This document shows, in pieces, positions 36,798-46,600 of a stretch of DNA of 64,000 nucleotides (positions are counted from its first letter, which is position 1; each line of letters begins with the position of its first letter). The position numbers and the translations under genes are program-made. This DNA is from an uncultured Candidatus Saccharibacteria bacterium (lineage in GTDB: Bacteria > Patescibacteriota > UBA1384 > CAILIB01): positions 361,929 to 425,928 of the forward strand of contig CAZQKK010000001.1 in NCBI GenBank assembly GCA_964593885.1, read 5' to 3'. Below the pieces are notes generated by a model. The model made no database searches. It was not told the origin of the DNA and saw only the letters and a list, made by a program, of their open reading frames with translations.

Positions 36798-38765
36798 ATG
36801 ATCACATCACCAGACATTATTGAACACATTGTGAGTACCGCAGAGCTCAGCAAAGCAGAAGCTGAGCGTCTTGAAGGCGCACTCTGGGAAGTGATTGGGA
36901 GGGAGATCTCCGTTGGTGAAGAAGTTGAAGTGCCGGGTCTCGGGCACTTTTTCACGGTGAAGTACCCTGGCCACGAGTCTGAATCTGGTGAAATTGGCCT
37001 TCCAACGGTTGAGCCAGAGTTTGAGCCGTCATCAGAGCTTGTTGGAGTGGTGAAGAAAGCCATGGAAGACCACGCAGAGCTGTTTGAGGAGGAGCATGGT
37101 GAGGGTGAACCAGATGAAGCGCCGCTCCGAGAGGTATCTCCTCCTGATCCTTCAGAGCCAGAAGCCGAAAAGCCTGTAAAGAAAGAGCGTCCTCTGGGGC
37201 GGGCCTCAACGGTAACCTACGTTGATATTTCAAAGCTGAAGGTTGAGAAGGATATTCTCTCACTCCTCCCACTTCCGCTCGCCCAAAAGTACAGCGCTGT
37301 CCCAATTGATCTGAAAGAAGGAGAGCTTACTGTTGCGATGATTAACCCTGAGGACTTCGATGCAGTGCAGCTGCTTCGCAAGGAGACAGGGCTCTCTATC
37401 AAGCCAGTGCTTACTTCAAGAGATGACCTCCAGTTTGTCCTTGACCAGTACACGGGTCTGCAAGCAGAGGTGCAAGAAGTTATTGCAAGCTCAGAGTTTG
37501 GCATTTCAAAGCAGGATTTGGCTGCAGCCAAAGAGGAGCAGGCAACCCTCGAGGAAGATAATGAGGATGCTCCAACTGCCAAGATTGTTGGTTCGCTCCT
37601 GAAACGGGCGGTAAAAGAGCGTGCTTCAGACATCCACATTGAGCCCTACGAGCACAAGGTGGTGGTGAGGTTCAGGATTGACGGCATCCTCATGGTGAGG
37701 GTTGAACTTCCTAAGGAGATCCAAGATGCCATGGCGGCACGTCTCAAAATCCTCGCAAACCTCAAGATTGACGAGCAACGTCTTCCGCAAGACGGTAGGT
37801 TCAGTATGAACCTGGACAGGAGGGAGGTAGACTTCCGTATCTCAACCATTCCGGTGGTATTTGGCGAGAAGGTGGTTATGCGTATCCTCGATAAACAGCA
37901 AGGAATCAGGGACCTTTCAGAGGTAGGACTCCAGGGAAGTGGCCTTGAAATTCTCAAGAAAAATATTGAGCGAAGCCACGGGATGATCTTGGTTACCGGA
38001 CCTACGGGATCGGGTAAAACTACCACGCTCTATGCAGTACTCGGGCGTCTCATGAAGCCAGATGTGAACATCCTCACCCTCGAGGATCCTGTTGAGTACC
38101 GCATTGAGAGCATCAACCAGAGCCAGGTGCACAACGATATTGGCTACAGCTTTGCAAACGGGCTTCGAGCAGTGGTAAGGCAAGACCCAGATGTGGTGAT
38201 GCTTGGAGAGATTAGGGATAAAGAGACAGCTGAAATGGCGGTGCAGGCTGCCCTTACTGGTCACGTTGTGCTTTCAACCCTCCACACCAACGATGCTGCG
38301 GGAGCCTTCCCAAGGTTGATTGATATGGGAATTGAGCCATTCCTGATCACTTCATCAATTCACACCGTTATCGCCCAACGTTTGGCACGAAAGTTAGACC
38401 CCGAACATCGCCAGGAGCGAAAACTCACCGGGGATGAGCTTGACGAGGTTGTGGCTGAGATTGAGAAGATGCCAGAAGCCGTGCAGAAGCAGCTGAAGGA
38501 CGAAGGGGTGGATCTCAAGAACCCTGTGGTCTACCAGCCAAAGGAGGAGAATGGGAGCAGTGGCTACATTGGGAGAATGGGAATCTTTGAAGTCCTCGAC
38601 ATGACTGAAAAGATTAGAGCCCACATTCTGGAGCGAAAGTCAGGCTCGATTATCAGGGATGAAGCGGTGAGTAACGGCATGCTGACCATGGTCCAAGATG
38701 GTATCGCAAAAGCTGTCACCGGGCAGATTAGCCTAGAAGAGGTCTGGCGAGTAACCAGAGAGTAG
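36798..38765 (+). CDS. pilB: Type IV pilus assembly ATPase PilB/GspE with an N-terminal HU/IHF-fold domain.
   Basis: SD GAGGGG before the ATG. Residues 1-90 align to HU (AELSKAEAERLE..VPGLGHFFTVK...). Then a T2SSE_N domain and the ATPase with Walker A GPTGSGKTT. Confidence 0.85.
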   Translation: MITSPDIIEHIVSTAELSKAEAERLEGALWEVIGREISVGEEVEVPGLGHFFTVKYPGHESESGEIGLPTVEPEFEPSSELVGVVKKAMEDHAELFEEEHGEGEPDEAPLREVSPPDPSEPEAEKPVKKERPLGRASTVTYVDISKLKVEKDILSLLPLPLAQKYSAVPIDLKEGELTVAMINPEDFDAVQLLRKETGLSIKPVLTSRDDLQFVLDQYTGLQAEVQEVIASSEFGISKQDLAAAKEEQATLEEDNEDAPTAKIVGSLLKRAVKERASDIHIEPYEHKVVVRFRIDGILMVRVELPKEIQDAMAARLKILANLKIDEQRLPQDGRFSMNLDRREVDFRISTIPVVFGEKVVMRILDKQQGIRDLSEVGLQGSGLEILKKNIERSHGMILVTGPTGSGKTTTLYAVLGRLMKPDVNILTLEDPVEYRIESINQSQVHNDIGYSFANGLRAVVRQDPDVVMLGEIRDKETAEMAVQAALTGHVVLSTLHTNDAAGAFPRLIDMGIEPFLITSSIHTVIAQRLARKLDPEHRQERKLTGDELDEVVAEIEKMPEAVQKQLKDEGVDLKNPVVYQPKEENGSSGYIGRMGIFEVLDMTEKIRAHILERKSGSIIRDEAVSNGMLTMVQDGIAKAVTGQISLEEVWRVTRE

Positions 38766-38770
38766 CCATC

Positions 38771-39973
38771 ATGCCAACATTCAAGTTTGTTTTCAAAGAT
38801 GGTGGGGTGAAGCCGGTGAAGGGCACGTTAGAGGCGCCATCGTACGCTGAGGCGCTCAGCCAGCTGCGCAAGCGTGACGGGATTATCGTTGAGCTAGCTG
38901 AGGCAAAATCAGGAGGGTTGAGCAGAATATTTGGCAAAAAAGGTCTCAACCTCAAAGAGAGGATCATCTTTACCGAGCAGCTTGCGGTAATGCTTAATGC
39001 TGGAATTACGCTACTCCAGGCACTGAAGAGTCTGGAGGAAGAAGCCCAAAACAAGAAGTCAAAACGTCTGTTTGGGGCACTTGCAACAGAGCTAGAGGGG
39101 GGAACTCCTTTCTCAAAGATTCTCGAGAAGTACCCTGAGTCATTCTCCGAGGTGTACTCACACATGGTGAAGTCTGCAGAGAAGAGTGGAAACCTCGCTG
39201 ATATCCTCCTGAAACTCACCGACCAGCAACGCAAAGAGTACGACCTCAAGGGTAAAGTGAAGGGAGCACTCATCTACCCGGCGGTAGTTTCGGTACTCCT
39301 GGTAGGAGTTATCACCTTGGTTATCACCTTCGTTATCCCAAGGCTGTCTAGTCTCTTCACTGAAACTGGTACCGCACTTCCGCTCAGTACCAGGATTGTC
39401 TTGGCACTCTCCAACTTCATGACAACCAAGTGGTACGTCCTTGTTATCATCATTGGTGGGATCATTTTTGGCCTCAAGGCGATGTACAAAACCTACCGGG
39501 GTAGGCGAATTCTAGATGGTATTAAGCTCAAAGTTCCGATTATTGGAGGCTTCACCAGTAAGGCTATCATCGCACGGTTTGCCCAGACCTTCAGCTTTCT
39601 CTCGCAGGCAGGGGTGCCGGTGCTCGAGATTTTTGAAACCCTCAAAGGGGTTATGGGTAATGCTATTTACGCAGATGAAATTGAGCGAATGTCTAGGGAA
39701 GTTGAGAACGGCACACCTCTCTCAACCTCAATTAGGAAGAGCAAGCACTTCCCAGCCATGGTGGGACAGCTGGTTAAGGTGGGGGAACAGTCAGGAGACC
39801 TGGCAGGGATGTTCAAGGTGCTAGGGAACTTCTTTGAAAAGGAGGTTGATACCATGGCCAAGAACCTCTCAACACTCTTGGAGCCAATCATCATGATTAT
39901 CATGGGTGTGGTAATTGGCTTCATCTTGATTGCCGTTCTCCAGCCAATCTATGGTTTAATTAATGCAGTCTAG
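38771..39973 (+). CDS. pilC: Type IV pilus inner-membrane platform protein PilC (GspF family).
   Basis: Two T2SSF repeats, three TMs, typical N-terminus MPTFKFVFKD. Confidence 0.9.
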   Translation: MPTFKFVFKDGGVKPVKGTLEAPSYAEALSQLRKRDGIIVELAEAKSGGLSRIFGKKGLNLKERIIFTEQLAVMLNAGITLLQALKSLEEEAQNKKSKRLFGALATELEGGTPFSKILEKYPESFSEVYSHMVKSAEKSGNLADILLKLTDQQRKEYDLKGKVKGALIYPAVVSVLLVGVITLVITFVIPRLSSLFTETGTALPLSTRIVLALSNFMTTKWYVLVIIIGGIIFGLKAMYKTYRGRRILDGIKLKVPIIGGFTSKAIIARFAQTFSFLSQAGVPVLEIFETLKGVMGNAIYADEIERMSREVENGTPLSTSIRKSKHFPAMVGQLVKVGEQSGDLAGMFKVLGNFFEKEVDTMAKNLSTLLEPIIMIIMGVVIGFILIAVLQPIYGLINAV

Positions 39974-39992
39974 CTAAACGGAGCACCAAAGG

Positions 39993-41021
39993 ATGGGACT
40001 CTTCCAGAAAACTGTTGTCGGGGTAGAAGCAATTGCCGCAGGGGTGCGGGTGGTTGAGGTTGAGCTTTCGCGTAGTCCCAGGGTGGTAAGCATTGGTGAA
40101 GCTCTCATTCCAGCTGAAGAACAACACCACGGCACCGGCTTGGATATTATCGCTATGGGGGGAAAGCTTGATGAGGCACTCACAGCCGCAAAACCTAAGC
40201 GAATTACTACACGCGATGCCTACCTCTCCGTTCCAGAAGATAAGGTTTTCAGGAAAATTCTCGAGATACCTGCCAGCGTAACTGATGCGGAACTTGCAGG
40301 GGTGGTGAGGTCTGAGGTCTCAAGCTACCTGCCTAGTGAGCTTGATACCATGGAAATTGATTTCCAGGTGCTCCCTCGTCGTGCCAACCAGGCAACTCAA
40401 CCTGAGCGAGATCCAAAAGAAAAGAAGCGTGAAGATAAAGGAGATAAGGATGAGAAGGAAGACAAAGAAGACAAAGAAGAGAAAGCACCTGCTCAGCCTC
40501 CACTTTACGTTTCGGTGGTTGCCGTTGATAAACAGGTTGTGCACGAGATCATTGCCCTCTGTGAGCATGCAAAACTGAGGCCTGTGAGCATTGATACCCG
40601 CCCAGCGGCTATTTCACGTGCCGTGGTGCCACCAAAAGATCAGAATGTTGCCATTGTGGTGGAGTGGCACGGGGGCGAAGCGATGGTTGCCGTGGTTGAG
40701 CGAGGTGTTGTTTGGGTGACAGGTATGACCAAAGCAGGCGAAGATACTGATGTTGCGGCTTCAGCAATTGCCGACGAAATTGAGCACGCGGTGAAGTTTT
40801 TCACCAATCGAACGGGAAGTAGCACCTCAATTTCGCAAGCCTACGTTGTCTCAGCCAACCCAGAGGCTGCAGAGCTTAGGAAGAAGCTCGAGAAGCTCAT
40901 GGATAGCGACATTGCCGTAGTTGAGGGGGTTCCTGTGGTACCTCTTCCTGGGGGAAGCGATGCCCGCTACAGCGCTGCTCTCGGTGCAGCTCTCTACTCG
41001 CTGTATAGTACCCTTGTATGA
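39993..41021 (+). CDS. pilM: Type IV pilus assembly protein PilM (actin-like).
   Basis: N-terminus LFQKTVVGVEAIAAGVRVVEV and a PilM-like fold; contains a K/D/E low-complexity insert. Confidence 0.75.
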   Translation: MGLFQKTVVGVEAIAAGVRVVEVELSRSPRVVSIGEALIPAEEQHHGTGLDIIAMGGKLDEALTAAKPKRITTRDAYLSVPEDKVFRKILEIPASVTDAELAGVVRSEVSSYLPSELDTMEIDFQVLPRRANQATQPERDPKEKKREDKGDKDEKEDKEDKEEKAPAQPPLYVSVVAVDKQVVHEIIALCEHAKLRPVSIDTRPAAISRAVVPPKDQNVAIVVEWHGGEAMVAVVERGVVWVTGMTKAGEDTDVAASAIADEIEHAVKFFTNRTGSSTSISQAYVVSANPEAAELRKKLEKLMDSDIAVVEGVPVVPLPGGSDARYSAALGAALYSLYSTLV

Positions 41022-41596
41022 AGCAGATAAACCTCCTCCCACCCGAACTTGCATCACAGCGTTCAAGGCAGCGCGCCGTTCCTGCACTAGTATTGGCTGT
41101 TCTGATGGCATCAGGAACCATCCTGCTTCCGTGGTGGATGCTCAGGGGAGTAGAGGCTTCGCTGGATGAGCAGATCGTTCACCAGCAGGAGGTGCTTGGG
41201 ATTAGTACAGGCACCGGAAAGGTAGTTGATGAGAGCTTTGAGGTACTTTCAGTGGGTGAGATTGGGGGTAAGGTAGCGGCACTCAACCAGCTGGCAGCAA
41301 GGGAGCTCTCTTGGTTAGACGTTCTGACTTCGGTAGGTAATTTGGTGCCAAAAGATATTACACTCTCTACCTACTCAGTTAGCACTAACCCAACCGACGT
41401 GAATATTAGGTTGGTAGGTGAAGCCCCCTCAAACTTGAGTTTTGCCACATTCGTAGAGTCTCTCAGGCAGAATAAAACAGTGTCAAAAGTGGTGGTTGAG
41501 GGCTTTCAGTTCTCACCAACTAAGGGCACGGTAAGCTTTGTGGTTCAGGTTTCAAGTCCAATCAAGAATTACCGGTACAGTGAGGTGGCAAAGTGA
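41018..41596 (+). CDS. pilN: Type IV pilus assembly protein PilN.
   Basis: MKQINLLPPEL hallmark and a single TM helix. Confidence 0.75.
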   Translation: MKQINLLPPELASQRSRQRAVPALVLAVLMASGTILLPWWMLRGVEASLDEQIVHQQEVLGISTGTGKVVDESFEVLSVGEIGGKVAALNQLAARELSWLDVLTSVGNLVPKDITLSTYSVSTNPTDVNIRLVGEAPSNLSFATFVESLRQNKTVSKVVVEGFQFSPTKGTVSFVVQVSSPIKNYRYSEVAK

Positions 41597-42231
41597 AGAA
41601 AATAGCACCAGCAGTAGTAGTGATTTTCGTTTTCTGTGTCGTTTTTGCTGGTGGCTTCTTTGGTCTGGTGTACCCTTCAATTAAGCCAATTGGGAGGAAG
41701 CTTTCAAAACTTGCGGCGTACAGTCAGCAATCAACAAAAGCGGTGGCTCCTAGCTCTCGGAGTGCTGAACTAGAGGCGCAACGTCAGCAACTTGAACTCG
41801 AGAAGGATAAGATTTCAAAGCTCCTTCCAGACGAGAGCAACGTGTACGATCTTTCTATCCAGATTGAGGCGTTGGCAAAGAGTACCGGGGTTACCATGAC
41901 ATCGGTAAGTCTGCTTCCAGCCGCTGAAACAACCGTAGCAAAGACAAAGAGCACCACGGCAATAGCTACGGTACAGGCGCCTCCAGCTGGTACCGCTACT
42001 TCGACAATTGCCGTCAGTCTCTCCGGGAGCTACGATGCCCTCAGGAGTTTCTTGGATGGCATAACCCAACTTGAGCGGTACATAGAGGTAGTAGATGTAT
42101 CCTTTGCATCGGGGACTTCAGGAGTGAGCATGACGCTCAGTGCTGTGGCATTCTCTGCTCAAAAGGCACCTGCGGCAACCCCTGCACCAGCTGCAACTTC
42201 CAAGCCAACAACAGGAGGGAAAGATGAGTAG
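41593..42231 (+). CDS. pilO: PilO-like pilus assembly protein.
   Basis: N-terminal TM, coiled-coil, translational coupling with pilN. Confidence 0.5.
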   Translation: MKKIAPAVVVIFVFCVVFAGGFFGLVYPSIKPIGRKLSKLAAYSQQSTKAVAPSSRSAELEAQRQQLELEKDKISKLLPDESNVYDLSIQIEALAKSTGVTMTSVSLLPAAETTVAKTKSTTAIATVQAPPAGTATSTIAVSLSGSYDALRSFLDGITQLERYIEVVDVSFASGTSGVSMTLSAVAFSAQKAPAATPAPAATSKPTTGGKDE

Positions 42232-42529
42232 CGTGAAACGTCAGGCAAAGAGGATTGCTCTCGTTGAGCCGATCAACTGGGTGCTACTCATCCTCTCACT
42301 CATGCTCTTGAGTGGTGCAACGGCAATTACCTGGATTGGTTTGCAGCCTGCTACCTATGAGACTGCCGTTACCAAAGAAGTCCAGGATGAGGTGCAGGCA
42401 TCCCTGGCTAAGCAAATTGATAGCCCAGAGATACCTACCTTAAATCTCAACAAGAAGAATAAGCGTCAGGGACCAGAGGTAACGGTAGATCCAAACAACA
42501 TTGGCAAAACCAATCCTTTCGTAAAGTAG
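42224..42529 (+). CDS. Small TM protein in the pilus operon (PilP-like or accessory).
   Basis: Strong SD AGGAGGG before the ATG at 42224; one TM helix. Confidence 0.4.
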   Translation: MSSVKRQAKRIALVEPINWVLLILSLMLLSGATAITWIGLQPATYETAVTKEVQDEVQASLAKQIDSPEIPTLNLNKKNKRQGPEVTVDPNNIGKTNPFVK

Positions 42530-42543
42530 TGTTGATAGGCTAT

Positions 42544-42572
42544 GAAAAAACCACCCGGGCGGGTGGTTTTTC
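42544..42572. terminator. Bidirectional intrinsic terminator.
   Basis: AAAAAACCACCC-gggc-GGGTGGTTTTTC. Confidence 0.6.
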
Positions 42573-42591
42573 TGTGTCTCGTTACTAGAGC

Positions 42592-43101
42592 TTAGGCTGC
42601 GGCAGGAGGCTCTGAAGAAACGGTATCCTCTGCTGGTACCTCTAGAGGCTGCTGAGGGCCTCCACCGCCTTCGTACACGCCGAGAGGGGATGGTGATGCG
42701 CTTGCGTCTGGGGTGCCAGCAGCGTTATTCAGGCGCTTCTTTACCTCCTCAATAATTTCTCCTGGGAGAACCTCAGATTTCACAACGTAGGCATCAGCTT
42801 GAGTCATGATCTTGTTGAGCTTCTCAATTTCCTGCACCAGGGCGGTGACAATAATGACAGGGATTTTGGCGGTTTCAGGGTTCTCTTTGAGGCTCTTCAA
42901 GACATCGAGGCCGTTCATCTTTGGCATCATGATGTCCAGGATGATGAGGGAGGGGTTGTACTCCTTCACAAACTCCAGGGCCTCTTCACCATTTCCAGCA
43001 TGTACAACGGTAAAACCCTCTTGCTTTAAGCGCTCAGTGTAGAGCTCTGAAAGGATGATGTCATCTTCTGCCAGGAGAATGGTTGTGCCTTCGTACGCCA
43101 T
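42592..43101 (-). CDS. Single-domain response regulator (CheY-like receiver) with disordered C-terminal tail.
   Basis: TILLAEDD...ILDIMMPKMNG...VIIVTA receiver motifs. Confidence 0.8.
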   Translation of the reverse strand: MAYEGTTILLAEDDIILSELYTERLKQEGFTVVHAGNGEEALEFVKEYNPSLIILDIMMPKMNGLDVLKSLKENPETAKIPVIIVTALVQEIEKLNKIMTQADAYVVKSEVLPGEIIEEVKKRLNNAAGTPDASASPSPLGVYEGGGGPQQPLEVPAEDTVSSEPPAAA

Positions 43102-43203
43102 AGGTGTGAGGTGCTGGTGAAATGTAACAGGTTCATTGTAGCATCGAAAGAATGACACGCAAGGACTGCGAGGTCTTGTGGAACGATGACCAGAGGTGGC
43201 TGA

Positions 43204-45411
43204 CTACGTAGCGAGAGACTTTTCAACCTCGAGGAGGGGTAGGGTGAAGGTAAAGGCGCTACCTTTGCCTGGGGTACTCTGCACCACAATGGAGCCACCC
43301 ATTCGCTCAACAATAGACTTGGTGATGTAGAGCCCAAGCCCCGTTCCGATGATCCCAACCGTCTCTTTTGAATCTGCTCGGTAGAACTTTTCAAAGAGGT
43401 GTGACATTTGCTCTTTATCCATCCCTAGGCCGTTATCGGCAACCGTAATGCTGACCATACGCTCCTTCTTGAGGAGCTCGGTGGTTACTGAAACTTCGCC
43501 ACCAGATCTGTTGTACTTAATGGCGTTACTCACCAGGTTAATGAGTACCTGCGAGGTCCTATCTGGGTCTGCCAGTACTGGTGGGAATGCAACTTCTGGC
43601 TTCTTGAACTTCAGGGTGATGTTCTTTTCCTGAGCGATGAACCTTAGCTGATCGATGGTGTCCTGGATAGACTTGATGCTATCGAGCTGCTGGGCGGTAA
43701 ACTTCATCTTGCCAGACTCAATGCGTGAAACTGAGAGGAGGTCTTTCACCAGCATCGAGAGGCGTTTTGCAGAAGAGAAACACTTGCTCAGGTAGTCGGT
43801 GGTTTGAGGATCTAGTCCCTTTCCGGCAATCTTCTCGTCTAGGATCATGCTGAGGTACCCCTCAATAGCCGAGATAGGGGTGAGGAGCTCGTGTGAGGCA
43901 ATGGAGACAAACTCGCTCTTCATCTGGTCGCCCTCGTAGAGCTTTGCTTTCTGGATAGACGAAATGGCCTGGTCTCCCACCAGCTCAAGGAGGGTGAGGT
44001 CTTGCTTACTGTAGCTCTCGTTGGACTGCTTGCTTGAGAGAAGGATGAGCCCAATTGGCTGGTCTTTGAGGATGAGTGGCATGGCCACGGCTACCTCAAG
44101 CTGTTCCAGCTTCTTGGCAACGGCAGACCTAATGGCGTGCTCCCGGATGAACTCGGCTTGCGTTTTGCCAGCCTCCAGCTTTCGCTTACCCTCAATGAGG
44201 AGTTTTTCATGGGCGAGTTCAGCAGCCAGGCTTTCAGTGAAGAGAATCTTTGGGTGGTTGCAGAAGTAGTGCATCACAAAGTCGCGTTCTTCCAGAATGA
44301 GCCTCTGGGTGGTTGAGTAGCCAATCTGTTTGATGCGCTTGATGGCTTGTTCGCCCCGGTCAGCCTGCTGGAAAACGTAGGTAACGGCATGGTGGAGGTG
44401 GAGGGCCTTGGCGGTTGTCTGCATCACTACCTCCAGGGCTTCGTCTAGGGCAATAACGTTGTTGAGCTTCTGGGAGAGCTCTTTAATGACCACCTCTTGC
44501 TCGTACTCTTTCTTGAAGAGCCACTTGTCGGTTCGCTCCGAGACCCAAACTTTTAGTGGCTGGAAGCTGTAGCCAATGATCAGAGCGGCAATGAGGTTAA
44601 CAATGAAAGAAGCACTGTTGAGGCTATCAAGCTGGAAGAGCTGGGCGAAGAGGGTAAGTACGGTGGCGTATACCACAAAGATGAAGGTAAGGAGCGATGC
44701 AAAAATTACCGTTCGCCTGATGAATAGCCTGATATCAAAGAGGTGCTGGGTTACGATGGCGTACGTGGTGAACCCAACGAAGATAACGGTGAAGAGAGGG
44801 CTGAGAGCGATACCCGCATTTGTTGAATTGAGGAGCGGGAGGAAGAGGTTGAAAATAATAATGAGCCCAAACATGAGGCCGAGTCCTAAGAGGAGGAGGA
44901 AGATTTGGTGGCGTTTTGTACCCCGTGATGAGAGGTACTTCTTGATGAGGACGTAGAGACCACTAAAGACGAGCCCTAGTGCGTAGGGGAGGAAGGCGGC
45001 AAAGCCAGGACCTGGGGTTGGGCTGTAGCTACCATCGGCTGCAGTGGTGAGACCAGTGAAGAGGTAGGGGCTCATCGTGATGAATCCTACAATCGCTCCA
45101 ATAACTAAGAGGAGCTGGTAGCGGGAGCTCTTGAGAGGCTGTCTCTGGTCTGGGAAGGTGATCACCAGCAGGTAGACAAAGAGGGATTGGGCTGTAGCGG
45201 TGAGCATCACGGCTCTCGTCCAGAAGAGGGCTACCTCGATGGTGGTAGCATGGAGCGAAAGGTATGTTGCGATAATCCAGGATGCAATGGAGAGGCAGAG
45301 GTAGAAGAAGAACTTGTTGGTGGCACTCTGCTTGTTAAAGATGAACACAACAAGTCCCATTGCCACATTTGCAATGGCAGCGATACTCGCAATGTAGAGC
45401 TCTAGTCCCAT
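43204..45411 (-). CDS. Sensor histidine kinase with N-terminal multi-TM sensor region.
   Basis: H-box SIASHELLTPISAIEGY; N-box LINLVSNAIKYN; G-boxes DNGLGMD and GTGLGLYI. Confidence 0.85.
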   Translation of the reverse strand: MGLELYIASIAAIANVAMGLVVFIFNKQSATNKFFFYLCLSIASWIIATYLSLHATTIEVALFWTRAVMLTATAQSLFVYLLVITFPDQRQPLKSSRYQLLLVIGAIVGFITMSPYLFTGLTTAADGSYSPTPGPGFAAFLPYALGLVFSGLYVLIKKYLSSRGTKRHQIFLLLLGLGLMFGLIIIFNLFLPLLNSTNAGIALSPLFTVIFVGFTTYAIVTQHLFDIRLFIRRTVIFASLLTFIFVVYATVLTLFAQLFQLDSLNSASFIVNLIAALIIGYSFQPLKVWVSERTDKWLFKKEYEQEVVIKELSQKLNNVIALDEALEVVMQTTAKALHLHHAVTYVFQQADRGEQAIKRIKQIGYSTTQRLILEERDFVMHYFCNHPKILFTESLAAELAHEKLLIEGKRKLEAGKTQAEFIREHAIRSAVAKKLEQLEVAVAMPLILKDQPIGLILLSSKQSNESYSKQDLTLLELVGDQAISSIQKAKLYEGDQMKSEFVSIASHELLTPISAIEGYLSMILDEKIAGKGLDPQTTDYLSKCFSSAKRLSMLVKDLLSVSRIESGKMKFTAQQLDSIKSIQDTIDQLRFIAQEKNITLKFKKPEVAFPPVLADPDRTSQVLINLVSNAIKYNRSGGEVSVTTELLKKERMVSITVADNGLGMDKEQMSHLFEKFYRADSKETVGIIGTGLGLYITKSIVERMGGSIVVQSTPGKGSAFTFTLPLLEVEKSLAT

Positions 45412-45443
45412 ATTGCCCCTGCTATGCTACTTCTCGTTCAAGT

Positions 45444-46598
45444 TTACAGTTTACCCAGGGTCTCCACAAATGTTTGGGTCATCGCCTGGCGCTCTTTAAC
45501 CTGTTCGTCGCTCATGAAGTCTGGGATGAGCAGCTCATCGAGGGAGAGGTGAATTCGCCCAGACACTACGGGGAGACCTAGGATGAGCCTCCTGGCGATG
45601 TATGCACCCGCAGCTCCGGTAAGGGTGGTGGCAGTGCCAAGCTGGGGAACTGAGGGAATGGTTCTGCCCATTTCAAGGAGGGACTTTTGCATCCTCGGGG
45701 TGCTGTTTTCGGCACTGATGATCTTGAGTGCCATCTTTACCCTGGTAGGTGGGTCAATGATGGGAGCTGAGAAGAGGCGTTGAGCCTCGTGCTCCTCAAG
45801 GGCGCCATGGAAGAGGGTGGTGATACCTTGGTCAAACCTTTCAATGTCAATCATGACGTTGTCGCCGTTATCGGTAACCATGACAACGGGGATCTTGCTC
45901 TCTCGGGCGTGGAGGCGGAGGTCAATTTTTATCTTGAGGTCATCTATCTCATCAAAGAGTACGTTGATTGGGTGCTCGCCCCCCAAGAATTCATTGATGT
46001 TTTCGGTGGTGATTCCTTCAGGGAAGACCTCAACTTGGGCAAAGGGGTTGAGCTCGTAGATTCTGCGCGCGGTGATTACTACCTTGCTAAGCCCTAGGTT
46101 AGCAACTGAGTTGTTGATCCTATTTAGGTTGGTGATGGCGAGGGTATCAAAGTCTGCAATTTTAATTACCTCAGAGCCGTTGGTGAGGGCGATAACAGTG
46201 GCAATGCTTGAGCCTACACTCATACCTGCAATACCAACTACACCTCTCTCGTACTGGTGTTGCTCGTCCTCAAGAATGATGTAGCGGTTTCTCGCAGTCC
46301 TCAAGCGGTAGAAAATCTCTTTTGGAGCAACCTTGATTGCCTTGAAGAGCCACGGGTAGATTACCCAAACGCCAGCGTCTTCTAGGGAAGGACCAAAATG
46401 CTCGGTAGTAAAGGCTGCAAAGTGGGATTCGTCGCGGTTGCGGCTAGCGGCGGTATGGGTGACCTCGTACAGCTCTTCTACCTGCTCCATGAGGTTGTCT
46501 ACCCGGTCAGAAACGCTGTACTGAGAGCATGCAGCATCAAAACCTGCCTTGTCAGTTGCTTGGATGAGGATGGGTTGGTAGAGCTTGCTGGTGTCCAT
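45444..46598 (-). CDS. ThiF/MoeB/E1-like adenylyltransferase-family protein with an approximately 110-aa N-terminal extra domain.
   Basis: GVVGIAGMSVGS Rossmann motif plus IADFDTLAITNLNRI and ELNPFAQVEV E1 signature blocks. Confidence 0.7.
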   Translation of the reverse strand: MDTSKLYQPILIQATDKAGFDAACSQYSVSDRVDNLMEQVEELYEVTHTAASRNRDESHFAAFTTEHFGPSLEDAGVWVIYPWLFKAIKVAPKEIFYRLRTARNRYIILEDEQHQYERGVVGIAGMSVGSSIATVIALTNGSEVIKIADFDTLAITNLNRINNSVANLGLSKVVITARRIYELNPFAQVEVFPEGITTENINEFLGGEHPINVLFDEIDDLKIKIDLRLHARESKIPVVMVTDNGDNVMIDIERFDQGITTLFHGALEEHEAQRLFSAPIIDPPTRVKMALKIISAENSTPRMQKSLLEMGRTIPSVPQLGTATTLTGAAGAYIARRLILGLPVVSGRIHLSLDELLIPDFMSDEQVKERQAMTQTFVETLGKL

Positions 46599-46600
46599 GG

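Noticed and set aside
36798-37063. N-terminal 107-aa extension of the dnaX ORF in the track (MAFFTTPTSS...).
   Set aside because: It overlaps the pilB start on the opposite strand; the DnaX homology begins at MTLYRQHRP (ATG at 36742).
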